A stretch of 59,192 nucleotides of DNA, counting the filler. It is 7 parts of 7 records of this genome, joined end to end, with 100 filler letters (N's around TTAATTAATTAA, not from the genome) between each part and the next. Parts side by side here need not be neighbours in the genome. Positions count along the whole stretch, not along the records: positions 30,433 to 44,890 come from DRR723986_21325; 6 more parts are not named here. One strand, written 5' to 3'. Positions 30,435 through 39,422 of the stretch are shown in pieces. The position numbers and the translations under genes are program-made. Under the pieces are notes generated by a model, which saw only the letters and a program-made list of their open reading frames with translations, did not search any database and was not told where the DNA came from. The first letter of the stretch is position 1. Every line of letters begins with the position of its first letter.

Positions 30435-31337
30435 CTGGGCCAGATCATCCCGCCGTCCATCGCCCTCGTGCTGCTGGGAGATATCCTGTCCAGCGCTTAC
30501 CAGCAGGCCCAGTTGAAGATGAACATCTTCAACCCGAAAACCATTTCTGTGGGCGACCTGTTCGTTGGCGCCCTGATACCGGGCCTGCTGCTGGTCACCC
30601 TGTACATCGCCTACCTGCTGTTGCTCGCGGCCTTGCGACCACAGGACGTGCCGCCGGCGGAAACCGAGCCGGCAGACAAAATTGCCCTGCTCAAGGGATT
30701 ATTGCCACCGTTGCTGCTGATCGCGATCGTGCTCGGCTCCATTCTAGCGGGTGCGGCCACACCCACCGAGGCCGCTGGCGTCGGCGCGATCGGCGCCCTG
30801 TTGCTGGCCTACGGCAAGCGGGAAATGAACCTGCAACGCTTGAAAGAGGTGGCGATCAGCACCCTGGAAACAACCTGCATGGTGTTCATGATTCTTATCG
30901 GCGCCGCCATATTTTCCCTGGTGTTCCGGGGTTTCGGCGGGGAGGAGCTGATCCAGGGCTATTTTACCAATATGCCGGGCGGCGTAATGGGCGCGACCCT
31001 GGTGGTCATGCTGGTGATTTTCCTGCTCGGCTTTATTCTCGATTTCATCGAGATCACGTTCGTGGTGGTTCCGATCGTCGGCCCGATCCTGCTGGCCATG
31101 GGGCTGGACCCAATCTGGCTGGGGATCATGATCGCCATCAACCTGCAGACCTCGTTCCTGACCCCGCCCTTCGGCTTTGCCCTGTTCTACCTGCGTGGGG
31201 TAGCCCCTGATTCGCTGCCGACCAGCGCTATCTACCGCGGGGTTATACCCTTTATACTCATCCAGCTGGCTGTGTTGGTGGCACTGTGGCTATGGCCCGC
31301 ACTGGCCACCTGGCTGCCGCAAACCCTGTCAAACTAA
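30435..31337 (+). CDS. dctM: TRAP transporter large permease, 5'-truncated
   Basis: LGQIIPPS, ATPTEAA, NLQTSFLTPPFGFALFYLRG. Confidence 0.92.
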   Translation: MGQIIPPSIALVLLGDILSSAYQQAQLKMNIFNPKTISVGDLFVGALIPGLLLVTLYIAYLLLLAALRPQDVPPAETEPADKIALLKGLLPPLLLIAIVLGSILAGAATPTEAAGVGAIGALLLAYGKREMNLQRLKEVAISTLETTCMVFMILIGAAIFSLVFRGFGGEELIQGYFTNMPGGVMGATLVVMLVIFLLGFILDFIEITFVVVPIVGPILLAMGLDPIWLGIMIAINLQTSFLTPPFGFALFYLRGVAPDSLPTSAIYRGVIPFILIQLAVLVALWLWPALATWLPQTLSN

Positions 31338-31376
31338 CCGCCCAGTGCCCTGGGTCTCCCGCTGAGAACAGCTGCC

Positions 31377-31769
31377 ATGAATGATATCGACGATACCCCA
31401 ATCCCGCAGGGTGAACTGGCTCTGCAAACCGTGGCCATGCCCAAGGACACCAACGCCAATGGCGATATTTTCGGTGGCTGGCTACTGTCCCAGATGGATA
31501 TCGCCGGGATGATCACCGCCGCCGAGGTCGCCAAGGGTCGGGTGGCAACCGTGGCGATCGAGGGGATGGCGTTTCTTACCCCGGTACACGTGGGCGCTGT
31601 GGTGTCCTGCTACTGCGACGTACTGGAAGTGGGGCGCAGCTCGATCCGCATCGTGGTAGAAGTCTGGATCAACTCCAAGCACGATGGTGAGCCGATCAAG
31701 GTAACCGAGGGGGAGTTCGTGTTTGTCGCCATTGACGAGAACGGGCGAACCCGCGCAATCAGTTCCTGA
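31377..31769 (+). CDS. YciA-type acyl-CoA thioesterase
   Basis: AMPKDTNANGDIFGGWLLSQMD hotdog-fold motif. Confidence 0.92.
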   Translation: MNDIDDTPIPQGELALQTVAMPKDTNANGDIFGGWLLSQMDIAGMITAAEVAKGRVATVAIEGMAFLTPVHVGAVVSCYCDVLEVGRSSIRIVVEVWINSKHDGEPIKVTEGEFVFVAIDENGRTRAISS

Positions 31770-32934
31770 GCCCACCTACCTGGCCGTCAATCACATGGTC
31801 GCGGGCATTAATATACGCCTGCTCTGAAATGTGGTGATAGGCGCGCACATCGTCGTAAAAGGCCTTGTAAGACTCATAGACCTTGGCCGCCATCGGGTCT
31901 TCTTCTACCAGTGCTTCCATGGCGTCACGACTGGCGGCATATAAGGCCTCCAGCACATCATCCGGGAAGCGCCGCACCTGTACCCCGTGCTCCTCAACCA
32001 GCTCCCGCAGGGCGCGATTGTTGCGCGCGGTAAACTCATCCAGCATGTCCTGGTTGGAGGCCCGTGCAGCGTAGGTGACGATGGCCTGCAGGTCCTCTGG
32101 CAGCGCCTCCAGGGAATCCTTGTTGACGATGAATTCAAGCATCGCGCCGGGCTCGTGCCATCCGGGGTAATAGTAGTACTTGGCTACCTGATGCAGTCCA
32201 AGAGCCAGGTCGTTATAGGGACCAACCCACTCCACAGCGTCGATCACCCCGGTTTGCAGGGAGGTATAAATCTCGCCACCGGGAATGCGCACCGAGGTGC
32301 CGCCAACCCGGGCAAAAACTTCGCCCGCGAGGCCGGGAATCCGCATCTTCAGCCCACGGATATCCTCGAGGGAATTGATTTCCCGCCGGAACCAGCCGCC
32401 CATCTGCACGCCGGTGCTGCCGCCGACAAAGGGCACCACGTTGGCCGACGCGTAGGCCTCGCGCCAGACTTCGAGGCCCCCGCCGTAATGAAACCAGCCG
32501 TTCATTTCCTGCGCGGTCATGCCGAAAGGCACCGCGGTAAAGAACACCGCAGACGGGATTTTGCCCTTCCAGTAGTAGGCGGCACCGTGACCGGCATCCG
32601 CAACGCCCTGGGACACCGCGTCAAACACCTCGAAGGCGGGCACGATTTCCCCGGCACCGTACACGTGCACTGTCATCCGTCCTCCGCTCATCTCTTCGAT
32701 GTAGCGGGCGAGGTTCTCTGCCGCCGAACCCAGGCCCGGCAGACCCTTGGGCCAGGTAGTAATAATCTTCCACTGGTACTGGGCGGCACCGCCGGCCACA
32801 AAGTCAGCGCGACCACCCGGTCCGCCGTCGTCATGAACCGTGGCACGATCCGCAGCCCACAGGCCGATCACGGCGACCAGGGCGGCAACCAGGAACAGGA
32901 TGATGGCCGGGCTGTAGTTACGGGTATTGCTCAT
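31759..32934 (-). CDS. TRAP substrate-binding protein (DctP/TakP type)
   Basis: AYYWKGK, QMGGWF, GLKMRIPGL, EWVGPYND, YYPGWHEPG. Confidence 0.92.
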   Translation of the reverse strand: MSNTRNYSPAIILFLVAALVAVIGLWAADRATVHDDGGPGGRADFVAGGAAQYQWKIITTWPKGLPGLGSAAENLARYIEEMSGGRMTVHVYGAGEIVPAFEVFDAVSQGVADAGHGAAYYWKGKIPSAVFFTAVPFGMTAQEMNGWFHYGGGLEVWREAYASANVVPFVGGSTGVQMGGWFRREINSLEDIRGLKMRIPGLAGEVFARVGGTSVRIPGGEIYTSLQTGVIDAVEWVGPYNDLALGLHQVAKYYYYPGWHEPGAMLEFIVNKDSLEALPEDLQAIVTYAARASNQDMLDEFTARNNRALRELVEEHGVQVRRFPDDVLEALYAASRDAMEALVEEDPMAAKVYESYKAFYDDVRAYHHISEQAYINARDHVIDGQVGGLRN

Positions 32935-32960
32935 TAGCGTCTCCGGTGAGGCGGATCAGG

Positions 32961-35126
32961 TCACATCAGCTGCAGGTTTGCGTACTGGACTACCAGCCAC
33001 TTGCTGCCCTCGAGATCGAAGTTGACCTCCACCCGGGCATTGTTGCCCCGTCCCTCGAAGTTTAACACCACCCCCTCACCAAAAATCTGGTGGTACACCC
33101 GCTGGCCGAGGTTGAGTCCGGTATCAGGCACTTCCGCATGACCAAGACTGCCATGACCAAAGCTGCTGACAGGACGGGTGATACTGGTCTGCAACCGCAC
33201 CTCCTGCATAAGCTCAGCCGGTATCTCGCGAATAAAACGGGAGGGTGCATTGTAGCTTTCACTGCCGTGCATACGCCGGGTTTCCGCGTAGGTGATGACC
33301 AGCCGCTCCATGGCCCGGGTGATACCGACATAACACAAGCGCCGCTCCTCCTCGAGACGGCCGGGCTCTTCCAGCGACATACGATGCGGGAACAGGTTTT
33401 CCTCCATCCCGGCAAGGAACACCAGCGGAAACTCCAGGCCCTTTGCAGAGTGGAGCGTCATCAGCTGTACACTGTCTTCATGCGCCTCGGCCTGGGCATC
33501 CCCCGCATCCAGGGCGGCACTGTCGAGGAACTGTTGCAGCGGCGACAGCTCTTCCCCCTCGGGAGAAAACTGCTTGGCAGCGCTTACCAGTTCCTCCAGG
33601 TTTTCAACCCGGGCCTGGCCTTTTTCGCCCTTTTCCTTCTCGTGGTAGGCAATCAGGCCAGAGCCCTGGATGACATGTTCCGCCAATTCGTCGAGGGTCA
33701 GTTCATCGCTGCCACTATCCAGTTCGTCAATCAGCACGCGAAAGCCTTCCAGTGCCGTAAGGGCGCGGGCAGGAAGTAACTTCTCTTGCGCAAGCACGCC
33801 CATCGCATGCCACAGGCTTAGCTCACGTTCGCGGGCGACGGCGCGCAAGGTGTCCAGGGTCTTGCTGCCGATACCCCGGGGCGGCGTATTGATCACCCGT
33901 TCCACCGCAGCATCGTCACCACGGCTGGTGAGCAGGCGCATATAGGCCAGCGCGTTGCGGATCTCCATGCGCTCATAGAAACGCTGCCCGCCATAGATGC
34001 GGTAGGGAATAGCGGCTCGGATAAGCGCTTCCTCCAACACCCGGGACTGGGCGTTGGACCGATAGAGCATCGCCACCGATGCGCGCTCGTTACCCTCGCT
34101 GATCCACTCCTGGGCACGCTCAACGATAAAGCGCGCCTCGTCCTGTTCATTGAAGCCGGCGTACAGGGTGATCGGCTCGCCGCTGTCGCCGGCGGTCCAA
34201 AGCTCCTTACCCAGGCGCCCGAAATTGTTTGCAATCACCCCGTTGGCGGCCTGCAGGATAGTCTGGGTCGAGCGATAGTTCTGCTCCAGACGAACGGTCT
34301 GGGTACCTTCGAAATCCTCGCTGAAGCGCTGGATATTCTCGATCCTTGCTCCACGCCAACCGTAGATGGACTGGTCGTCATCGCCGACGGCCACCACCGG
34401 CACCTGCTTGCCCGCCAGCACTCGCAGCCACGCATACTGGATGGTATTGGTGTCCTGGAACTCATCCACCAGGATTTGCCGGAAGCGTCCCTGGTAGTGC
34501 GCCAGCAGCTCCGGACTGCGCAGCCAGAGCTCGTGGGCCCGCAGCAGCAGCTCTGCGAAATCGACCATACCGCCGCGCTCACAAGCCGCCTCGTAGGCGC
34601 GATAGACCTGCAACATGGTCTGGGTGAACAGATCGCCTGCCGGCGCTTCGATGTGGGCGGCGCGCAGACCCTCATCTTTCTGCCCATTGATGAACCACTG
34701 GGCTTGTTTGGGGGGCCAGCGGCCTTCGTCCAGCTCCAGCTCCCGACACACCCGCTTCACCAGACGCAGCTGGTCATCGCTGTCGAGAATCTGGAAATTC
34801 TGCGGCAGCCCGGCCTCCTGCCAATGGGACTTGAGCAGGCGGTGCGCCAGGCCGTGAAACGTTCCCACCCACATACCGTGGGTCGGAATCTGCAGCATGT
34901 CCTCAATGCGGCCACGCATCTCCCGGGCGGCCTTGTTGGTAAAGGTCACCGCCAGGATGGCGAATGGCGAGTAGCCCTCCGCCCGGATCAGCCAGGCAAT
35001 ACGGTGCACCAGCACGCGCGTCTTACCGCTGCCGGCACCGGCCAGCACCAACAGGTTGCGACTCTCGGAGGCAACCGCCTCACGCTGGGCATCATTGAGG
35101 GGGGAGAGAATATCGGATACATCCAT
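32961..35126 (-). CDS. uvrD: DNA helicase II
   Basis: LAGAGSGKT, VDEFQDTN, GDDDQSIYGWRGA, KGLEF, EEERRLCYVGITRA, C-terminal KWLV..YA. Confidence 0.96.
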   Translation of the reverse strand: MDVSDILSPLNDAQREAVASESRNLLVLAGAGSGKTRVLVHRIAWLIRAEGYSPFAILAVTFTNKAAREMRGRIEDMLQIPTHGMWVGTFHGLAHRLLKSHWQEAGLPQNFQILDSDDQLRLVKRVCRELELDEGRWPPKQAQWFINGQKDEGLRAAHIEAPAGDLFTQTMLQVYRAYEAACERGGMVDFAELLLRAHELWLRSPELLAHYQGRFRQILVDEFQDTNTIQYAWLRVLAGKQVPVVAVGDDDQSIYGWRGARIENIQRFSEDFEGTQTVRLEQNYRSTQTILQAANGVIANNFGRLGKELWTAGDSGEPITLYAGFNEQDEARFIVERAQEWISEGNERASVAMLYRSNAQSRVLEEALIRAAIPYRIYGGQRFYERMEIRNALAYMRLLTSRGDDAAVERVINTPPRGIGSKTLDTLRAVARERELSLWHAMGVLAQEKLLPARALTALEGFRVLIDELDSGSDELTLDELAEHVIQGSGLIAYHEKEKGEKGQARVENLEELVSAAKQFSPEGEELSPLQQFLDSAALDAGDAQAEAHEDSVQLMTLHSAKGLEFPLVFLAGMEENLFPHRMSLEEPGRLEEERRLCYVGITRAMERLVITYAETRRMHGSESYNAPSRFIREIPAELMQEVRLQTSITRPVSSFGHGSLGHAEVPDTGLNLGQRVYHQIFGEGVVLNFEGRGNNARVEVNFDLEGSKWLVVQYANLQLM

Positions 35127-35222
35127 GGACGCATTCTACCCAAATTTGGCGGTGCTTCTTACTGCAACCGTCTCCCCGGGGACAAATGTATACTATGGCA
35201 AGCCATCGGAGAGCCCAGCGCC

Positions 35223-36083
35223 TTGAATCGCGACACACAGCCGCTATTGCAGCAGATAAGCCACCGTCTGGACGACCTGCGCCGTTCCGAACGCAAGGTC
35301 GCAGAATTGGTTCTGGCGCAACCGGAAGAGGTTATCCACATGCGGATCGTGGACCTGGCAGCGGCGGCCGGGGTCAGCGAACCCACCGTGGTGCGCTTCT
35401 GCCGCGCCGTGGGCTGCGAGGGGTTCCAGAACTTCAAGCTGGCCATGGCACAAAGCGGGGCCCGCAACCCGGGTAGCGAGGCTTTCGCACTGAATGAGCG
35501 GGATACGGCACGGGACTACACCTACAAGGTGTTCGATACGACCATGAATACCCTGCAGCGAGTGCGGGACACCCTGGACCCGGACGCCATCGAAGTGGCC
35601 GTGGATGCCCTGTGCAACGCCCGGCGGGTCGAATTCTACGGTTTCGGCGCGTCCAGCCCGGTGGCGATCGACGCCCAGCACAAGTTTTTCCGCCTGCAGA
35701 TCGCCAGCTCAGCCTATTCGGACCCCCATATCCAGGCCATGTCCGCCATGTCCCTATCGCCCGAGGATGTGGTGGTGGCGATTTCCCAGTCGGGACGGAG
35801 CACGGCCCTGCTGGAAGCCATGGACCACGTGCGGGAGGCCGGTGCAGTACTCATTGGCCTGGCTCCCGGCGGTACGCCGGTGATTCGCCAGTCTACGATC
35901 CCGATACCGATTGATGTGGCACCGCCGGACGATGCCAGCTATTCACCGCTTCCCTCACGCATTGCCCATCTGGCGGTCATCGACATTCTTGCGGTTGGCG
36001 TGTCGAAGGTTAAGGGCGCGGAGGTGGATCGTCACCTGAGTAAGCTCAACCGCGGCCTGCAGTCCCTGCGGGTACAGGACTGA
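35223..36083 (+). CDS. RpiR-family regulator (HexR/RccR-like)
   Basis: VSEPTVVRFCRAVG HTH plus SIS domain (GFGAS, ISQSG); TTG 35223 after GGAGAG; the track ORF extension over uvrD is spurious. Confidence 0.88.
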   Translation: MNRDTQPLLQQISHRLDDLRRSERKVAELVLAQPEEVIHMRIVDLAAAAGVSEPTVVRFCRAVGCEGFQNFKLAMAQSGARNPGSEAFALNERDTARDYTYKVFDTTMNTLQRVRDTLDPDAIEVAVDALCNARRVEFYGFGASSPVAIDAQHKFFRLQIASSAYSDPHIQAMSAMSLSPEDVVVAISQSGRSTALLEAMDHVREAGAVLIGLAPGGTPVIRQSTIPIPIDVAPPDDASYSPLPSRIAHLAVIDILAVGVSKVKGAEVDRHLSKLNRGLQSLRVQD

Positions 36084-36162
36084 GTGCCAAGGCGGGAGCA
36101 TTTGCCAAAACGCTCTGTTACCATCGGCAATACCCCAGGGGTAACAACAGGTCGATCGCAGC

Positions 36163-37464
36163 ATGGCTAACGACAATCGTGACGATTCGGACACAGGCCC
36201 GGACAAGCGCGGGGAGGCCCCCGCCGGCTTCGACAGCGATGACTTCACCACCCCACCCCCTACCCGGAGCGAGCGCCGGGATCCTTTCTTCACCGATTTC
36301 GAAGACGACGAAACCGCCGAGATCGACGATATCGAGGCCAGCGACTTCGGCCGCGACTATGAGGATGACGATAGCGACTACCTTGCGGAGGACGGACCTT
36401 CAGACGCGGCAGATGCGCCCTGGGATGCCAGCCCGACGCCACCTGACGACAGCTCCACGGTAAGCAGCAGCGCTTTTGACAGGTGGCCCCTCGAGGACGA
36501 AGCGGACGAAGAGCCGCCTCCGCCGGACGCGCCTGACCTGTGGTCCACGCCCCTACCGGCGACCCCGGGCCGGAACCAGAAAGAGGAAACAGAGTGGGGC
36601 GACGACCTGGAGGAGGATGAGGACGAGCCAGCGCCGGACGAATGGGACGATGAGCCGGAGCTCGAGCGCGAAGACCAGGATCTGGCGCGCGAGGAAGACG
36701 ACGACTTCGACGATGACGACGAAGCGCTGGATGAAGAAGACTACCCGGAAGACGACTACGATGGGGACGAGATAGACGAAGCGCCCGATGAGTGGGACAG
36801 CGACTACCAGGATGAAACGGCAGGCGAACAGGCGGCAGAGGCAAACAGCCTGCCCTGGGGACTGCTGGCGGTCGGCGTTTTGGCCCTGGTACTGCTCGCG
36901 GCTGGCGGCTATGGCGTCATCCAGCAACGGGCCGAGAAGGATACTGAAATACGCGAGCTTCGCGCCCAGCTGGCAACCTCGGCTGATCCCCGGGAAGTCG
37001 CCGCCGCCCGTGATGCACTGGCGGAGCTGGAGCAGGAAAACCAGGCACTGCAGGCCCAACTCGATAGCCTGCAACTGGAAAACCGGCGGCTGACGGATAC
37101 CGTGAGCGGCCTGGAAACTCAACTCGAAGGACAACAACAGGCAGCCGCAGAGCTGCAGCGTAGTGCCGAGCAGGCCCGGCGCGCAGCAGCGGCCACTGCC
37201 GCCAGTTCCCCGGCAGCGACCACCAGCACCGGGACCTGGTTTGTCAATTTCGGCTCCTACGGCAGCCGGGAGATGGCCGAAGAGTGGGCAAGCCGCCTGC
37301 GCACCACCAACCGTAAGGTCATCGTGGCGCCCGCCGCCAGCGAAGGGCGCTCGCTCTATCGGGTCAGGGTCATCAGCCTGGAGAGCAAGGCGGCGGCGGA
37401 GCGCGTGGCGCGCGAGCTGGAGCAGGCGCACCAACTGCCGACCCTGTGGGTAGGCCGGGAGTAA
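36163..37464 (+). CDS. SPOR-domain membrane protein with acidic N-terminal region
   Basis: D/E-rich stretch, one TM segment, coiled coil, SPOR-like WFVNFGSY...LYRVRV. Confidence 0.82.
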   Translation: MANDNRDDSDTGPDKRGEAPAGFDSDDFTTPPPTRSERRDPFFTDFEDDETAEIDDIEASDFGRDYEDDDSDYLAEDGPSDAADAPWDASPTPPDDSSTVSSSAFDRWPLEDEADEEPPPPDAPDLWSTPLPATPGRNQKEETEWGDDLEEDEDEPAPDEWDDEPELEREDQDLAREEDDDFDDDDEALDEEDYPEDDYDGDEIDEAPDEWDSDYQDETAGEQAAEANSLPWGLLAVGVLALVLLAAGGYGVIQQRAEKDTEIRELRAQLATSADPREVAAARDALAELEQENQALQAQLDSLQLENRRLTDTVSGLETQLEGQQQAAAELQRSAEQARRAAAATAASSPAATTSTGTWFVNFGSYGSREMAEEWASRLRTTNRKVIVAPAASEGRSLYRVRVISLESKAAAERVARELEQAHQLPTLWVGRE

Positions 37465-37550
37465 CCGGGGCCAAAGCTGTTTTCCCGGATGCTTGGCAGG
37501 CCGGGACCTTCCTGATACTGTTTTCATCCCCTCAATTGCAGGTGACGCAA

Positions 37551-37919
37551 ATGAATAAGATCGTACTCCTCCTGTCAGGCCTGGCCTTTGCTGGCAGCGT
37601 AGCCGCCGAAGACTGCACGGCACCCGCTTCTCCTTCCCTGCCGGAAGGCGGCAGCGCAACCATGGAGCAGATGCTCGAAGGCCAGAAGGCGGTAAAAACC
37701 TTCCAGGCCGCTAACCTCGAGTACATGGCTTGCCTGGAACAGCAGTTCACGGCTGCAGAAGCCGCGGCCAAAAAAGGCTCCGATGATGAGAAGGCTGCAG
37801 CCCAGGCAACTTACAGCGAGGCCATGGACGCCTACAATGCTGCGGTTTCCGAAGAAGAAAAAGTCGCAGGGCAGTTCAATACCGAGATTCGCGAGTACAA
37901 GGCAGCCAACCCCGGCTGA
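37551..37919 (+). CDS. Secreted hypothetical protein
   Basis: Signal peptide MNKIVLLLSGLAFAGSVAA; two Cys; helical. Confidence 0.7.
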   Translation: MNKIVLLLSGLAFAGSVAAEDCTAPASPSLPEGGSATMEQMLEGQKAVKTFQAANLEYMACLEQQFTAAEAAAKKGSDDEKAAAQATYSEAMDAYNAAVSEEEKVAGQFNTEIREYKAANPG

Positions 37920-37964
37920 CCGGTCAGGCGGCCTGAGTCGCAGGCCGCCTCAGCAGCAACTTGC

Positions 37965-38348
37965 TCAGGATTCCTGGCTCTTGTGAGCCAGGCTTGCCGC
38001 GTTCGCTTCCCAGTTCTGCCCGTCAAAATCGACTATGTGTACCTGGGGCGGCCGCTGGTCGAGACAGTTCAGGTTGATGTCCATGCCGTCGGGGTTAGAG
38101 CGCGGCTTGTAGAACGACTTGATGCCGCAGTGCTTGCAGAAGTAATGCTCAGCAAGCCCGGAGTTAAACGTGTAGGTCGTCAGCGCTTCTTGCCCTGACA
38201 GCAGCTGGAATCGCGACAGCGGAACGATCAGGTGCAGGTAGCCGCTCTTGCTGCAGATCGAGCAGTTACAGCGCTCGACCTCGACCGAGTCCGATGCCTC
38301 AACAGCGAAACGCACCGCACCACAATGGCAACCACCTTCATAACGCAT
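37965..38348 (-). CDS. GFA/CENP-V family protein
   Basis: GGCHCGAVRF, CNCSIC, FCKHCG, PRSNP. Confidence 0.92.
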   Translation of the reverse strand: MRYEGGCHCGAVRFAVEASDSVEVERCNCSICSKSGYLHLIVPLSRFQLLSGQEALTTYTFNSGLAEHYFCKHCGIKSFYKPRSNPDGMDINLNCLDQRPPQVHIVDFDGQNWEANAASLAHKSQES

Positions 38349-38631
38349 TGCTTGCAAGCCTCCTTGTCACCGTGGGCGCGATACACCACCGGGCAGATCT
38401 CCAGGACTAAAGTGCCGATCTCATGCCCTTTGACGACCTTGCTGATCTGCTCAGCGGAGGGTCCTTTGCACCTCACGACCAAACCCTGTACCTGTGTCAG
38501 TTTAGCCAAAACCTCGCATATCGTCCGGGTCCAGGGTTGCGGATTCCCTCAATTGTGAGGCAGGTCTCACAATGGCACATGCAGCCACCAGGGAATTTTT
38601 GTAGGCTGGAAATGGATCAACCGTCACGGAA

Positions 38632-39363
38632 TTGGCTTTCGACGTTGTCACCTCGTCTAAATCCTTTATCTGTGAACCGGGCAAGACATGCATCATTGAT
38701 GTATCAGATACAGATTTCGATGAGACATTTACTGCCGAACCGGTCGCTGACGGCATTTCATATATGGAGTGGGCCAAAAAACGGCGCAGTTTCTGCGGCC
38801 GAAACTCCACCCCTTGCCGTCTGGTCACTACAGGGTTCGGTGAAGACCCGGCTCTAATGGCTATACTCGCCGATGACGAGGAAATATTTTATTTAGAACC
38901 CGTTTTCTTCTCTCTTACTTCTCCCTCATTTGCTTATGGGGAAAAAATACCTAGAAAATTCACTTGTGACGGTTCCAACTATTCCCCCGAATTGGTTTGG
39001 TCAGGTATTCCGAGCAAAGCCAAAAGCCTGACGCTCGTGGTTGATGACCCGGACGCACCTCGTCAAAATCCATGGGTTCATTGGATCGCCTACAATCTGC
39101 CCGTAAAGAGCACCGGCCTACCGGAAAATCTTGCAACATTCGACTACCCGGAGGGCACCAGGAGCGGCAGAAATGACTTCGGTGGGTCGGGCTATGGTGG
39201 TCCTTGCCCACCATCGGGAACGCATCGGTATTTCTTCAAACTATACGCGCTAGATACTATGTTGCCCGACCTGCAGACGCCGACTGTAGGGGAACTCGAA
39301 AGCGCAATGAATGGCCACATAATAGGTCAGGCCGTTGCTATGGGAACCTACTCCTATCCGTGA
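38632..39363 (+). CDS. YbhB/YbcL (PEBP) protein with extra Cys-containing N-terminal domain
   Basis: SPELVW, DDPDAP, WVHW, YGGPCPP.GTHRYFF; start uncertain. Confidence 0.8.
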   Translation: MAFDVVTSSKSFICEPGKTCIIDVSDTDFDETFTAEPVADGISYMEWAKKRRSFCGRNSTPCRLVTTGFGEDPALMAILADDEEIFYLEPVFFSLTSPSFAYGEKIPRKFTCDGSNYSPELVWSGIPSKAKSLTLVVDDPDAPRQNPWVHWIAYNLPVKSTGLPENLATFDYPEGTRSGRNDFGGSGYGGPCPPSGTHRYFFKLYALDTMLPDLQTPTVGELESAMNGHIIGQAVAMGTYSYP

Positions 39364-39422
39364 CGTAAAGCAGTAGCAGGGATTACAGGGGGATGTGAAG
39401 CCAAAACATTCCCCGACCAAAA

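Noticed and set aside
34476-35222. N-terminal extension making a 535-aa RpiR fusion
   Set aside because: Most of it is the antisense frame of uvrD; the RBS and domain start point to TTG 35223
39364-39422. Tn7 end at attTn7
   Set aside because: Only a short GGGGGATGT...ACATTCCCC hairpin; no repeated TnsB sites or tns genes
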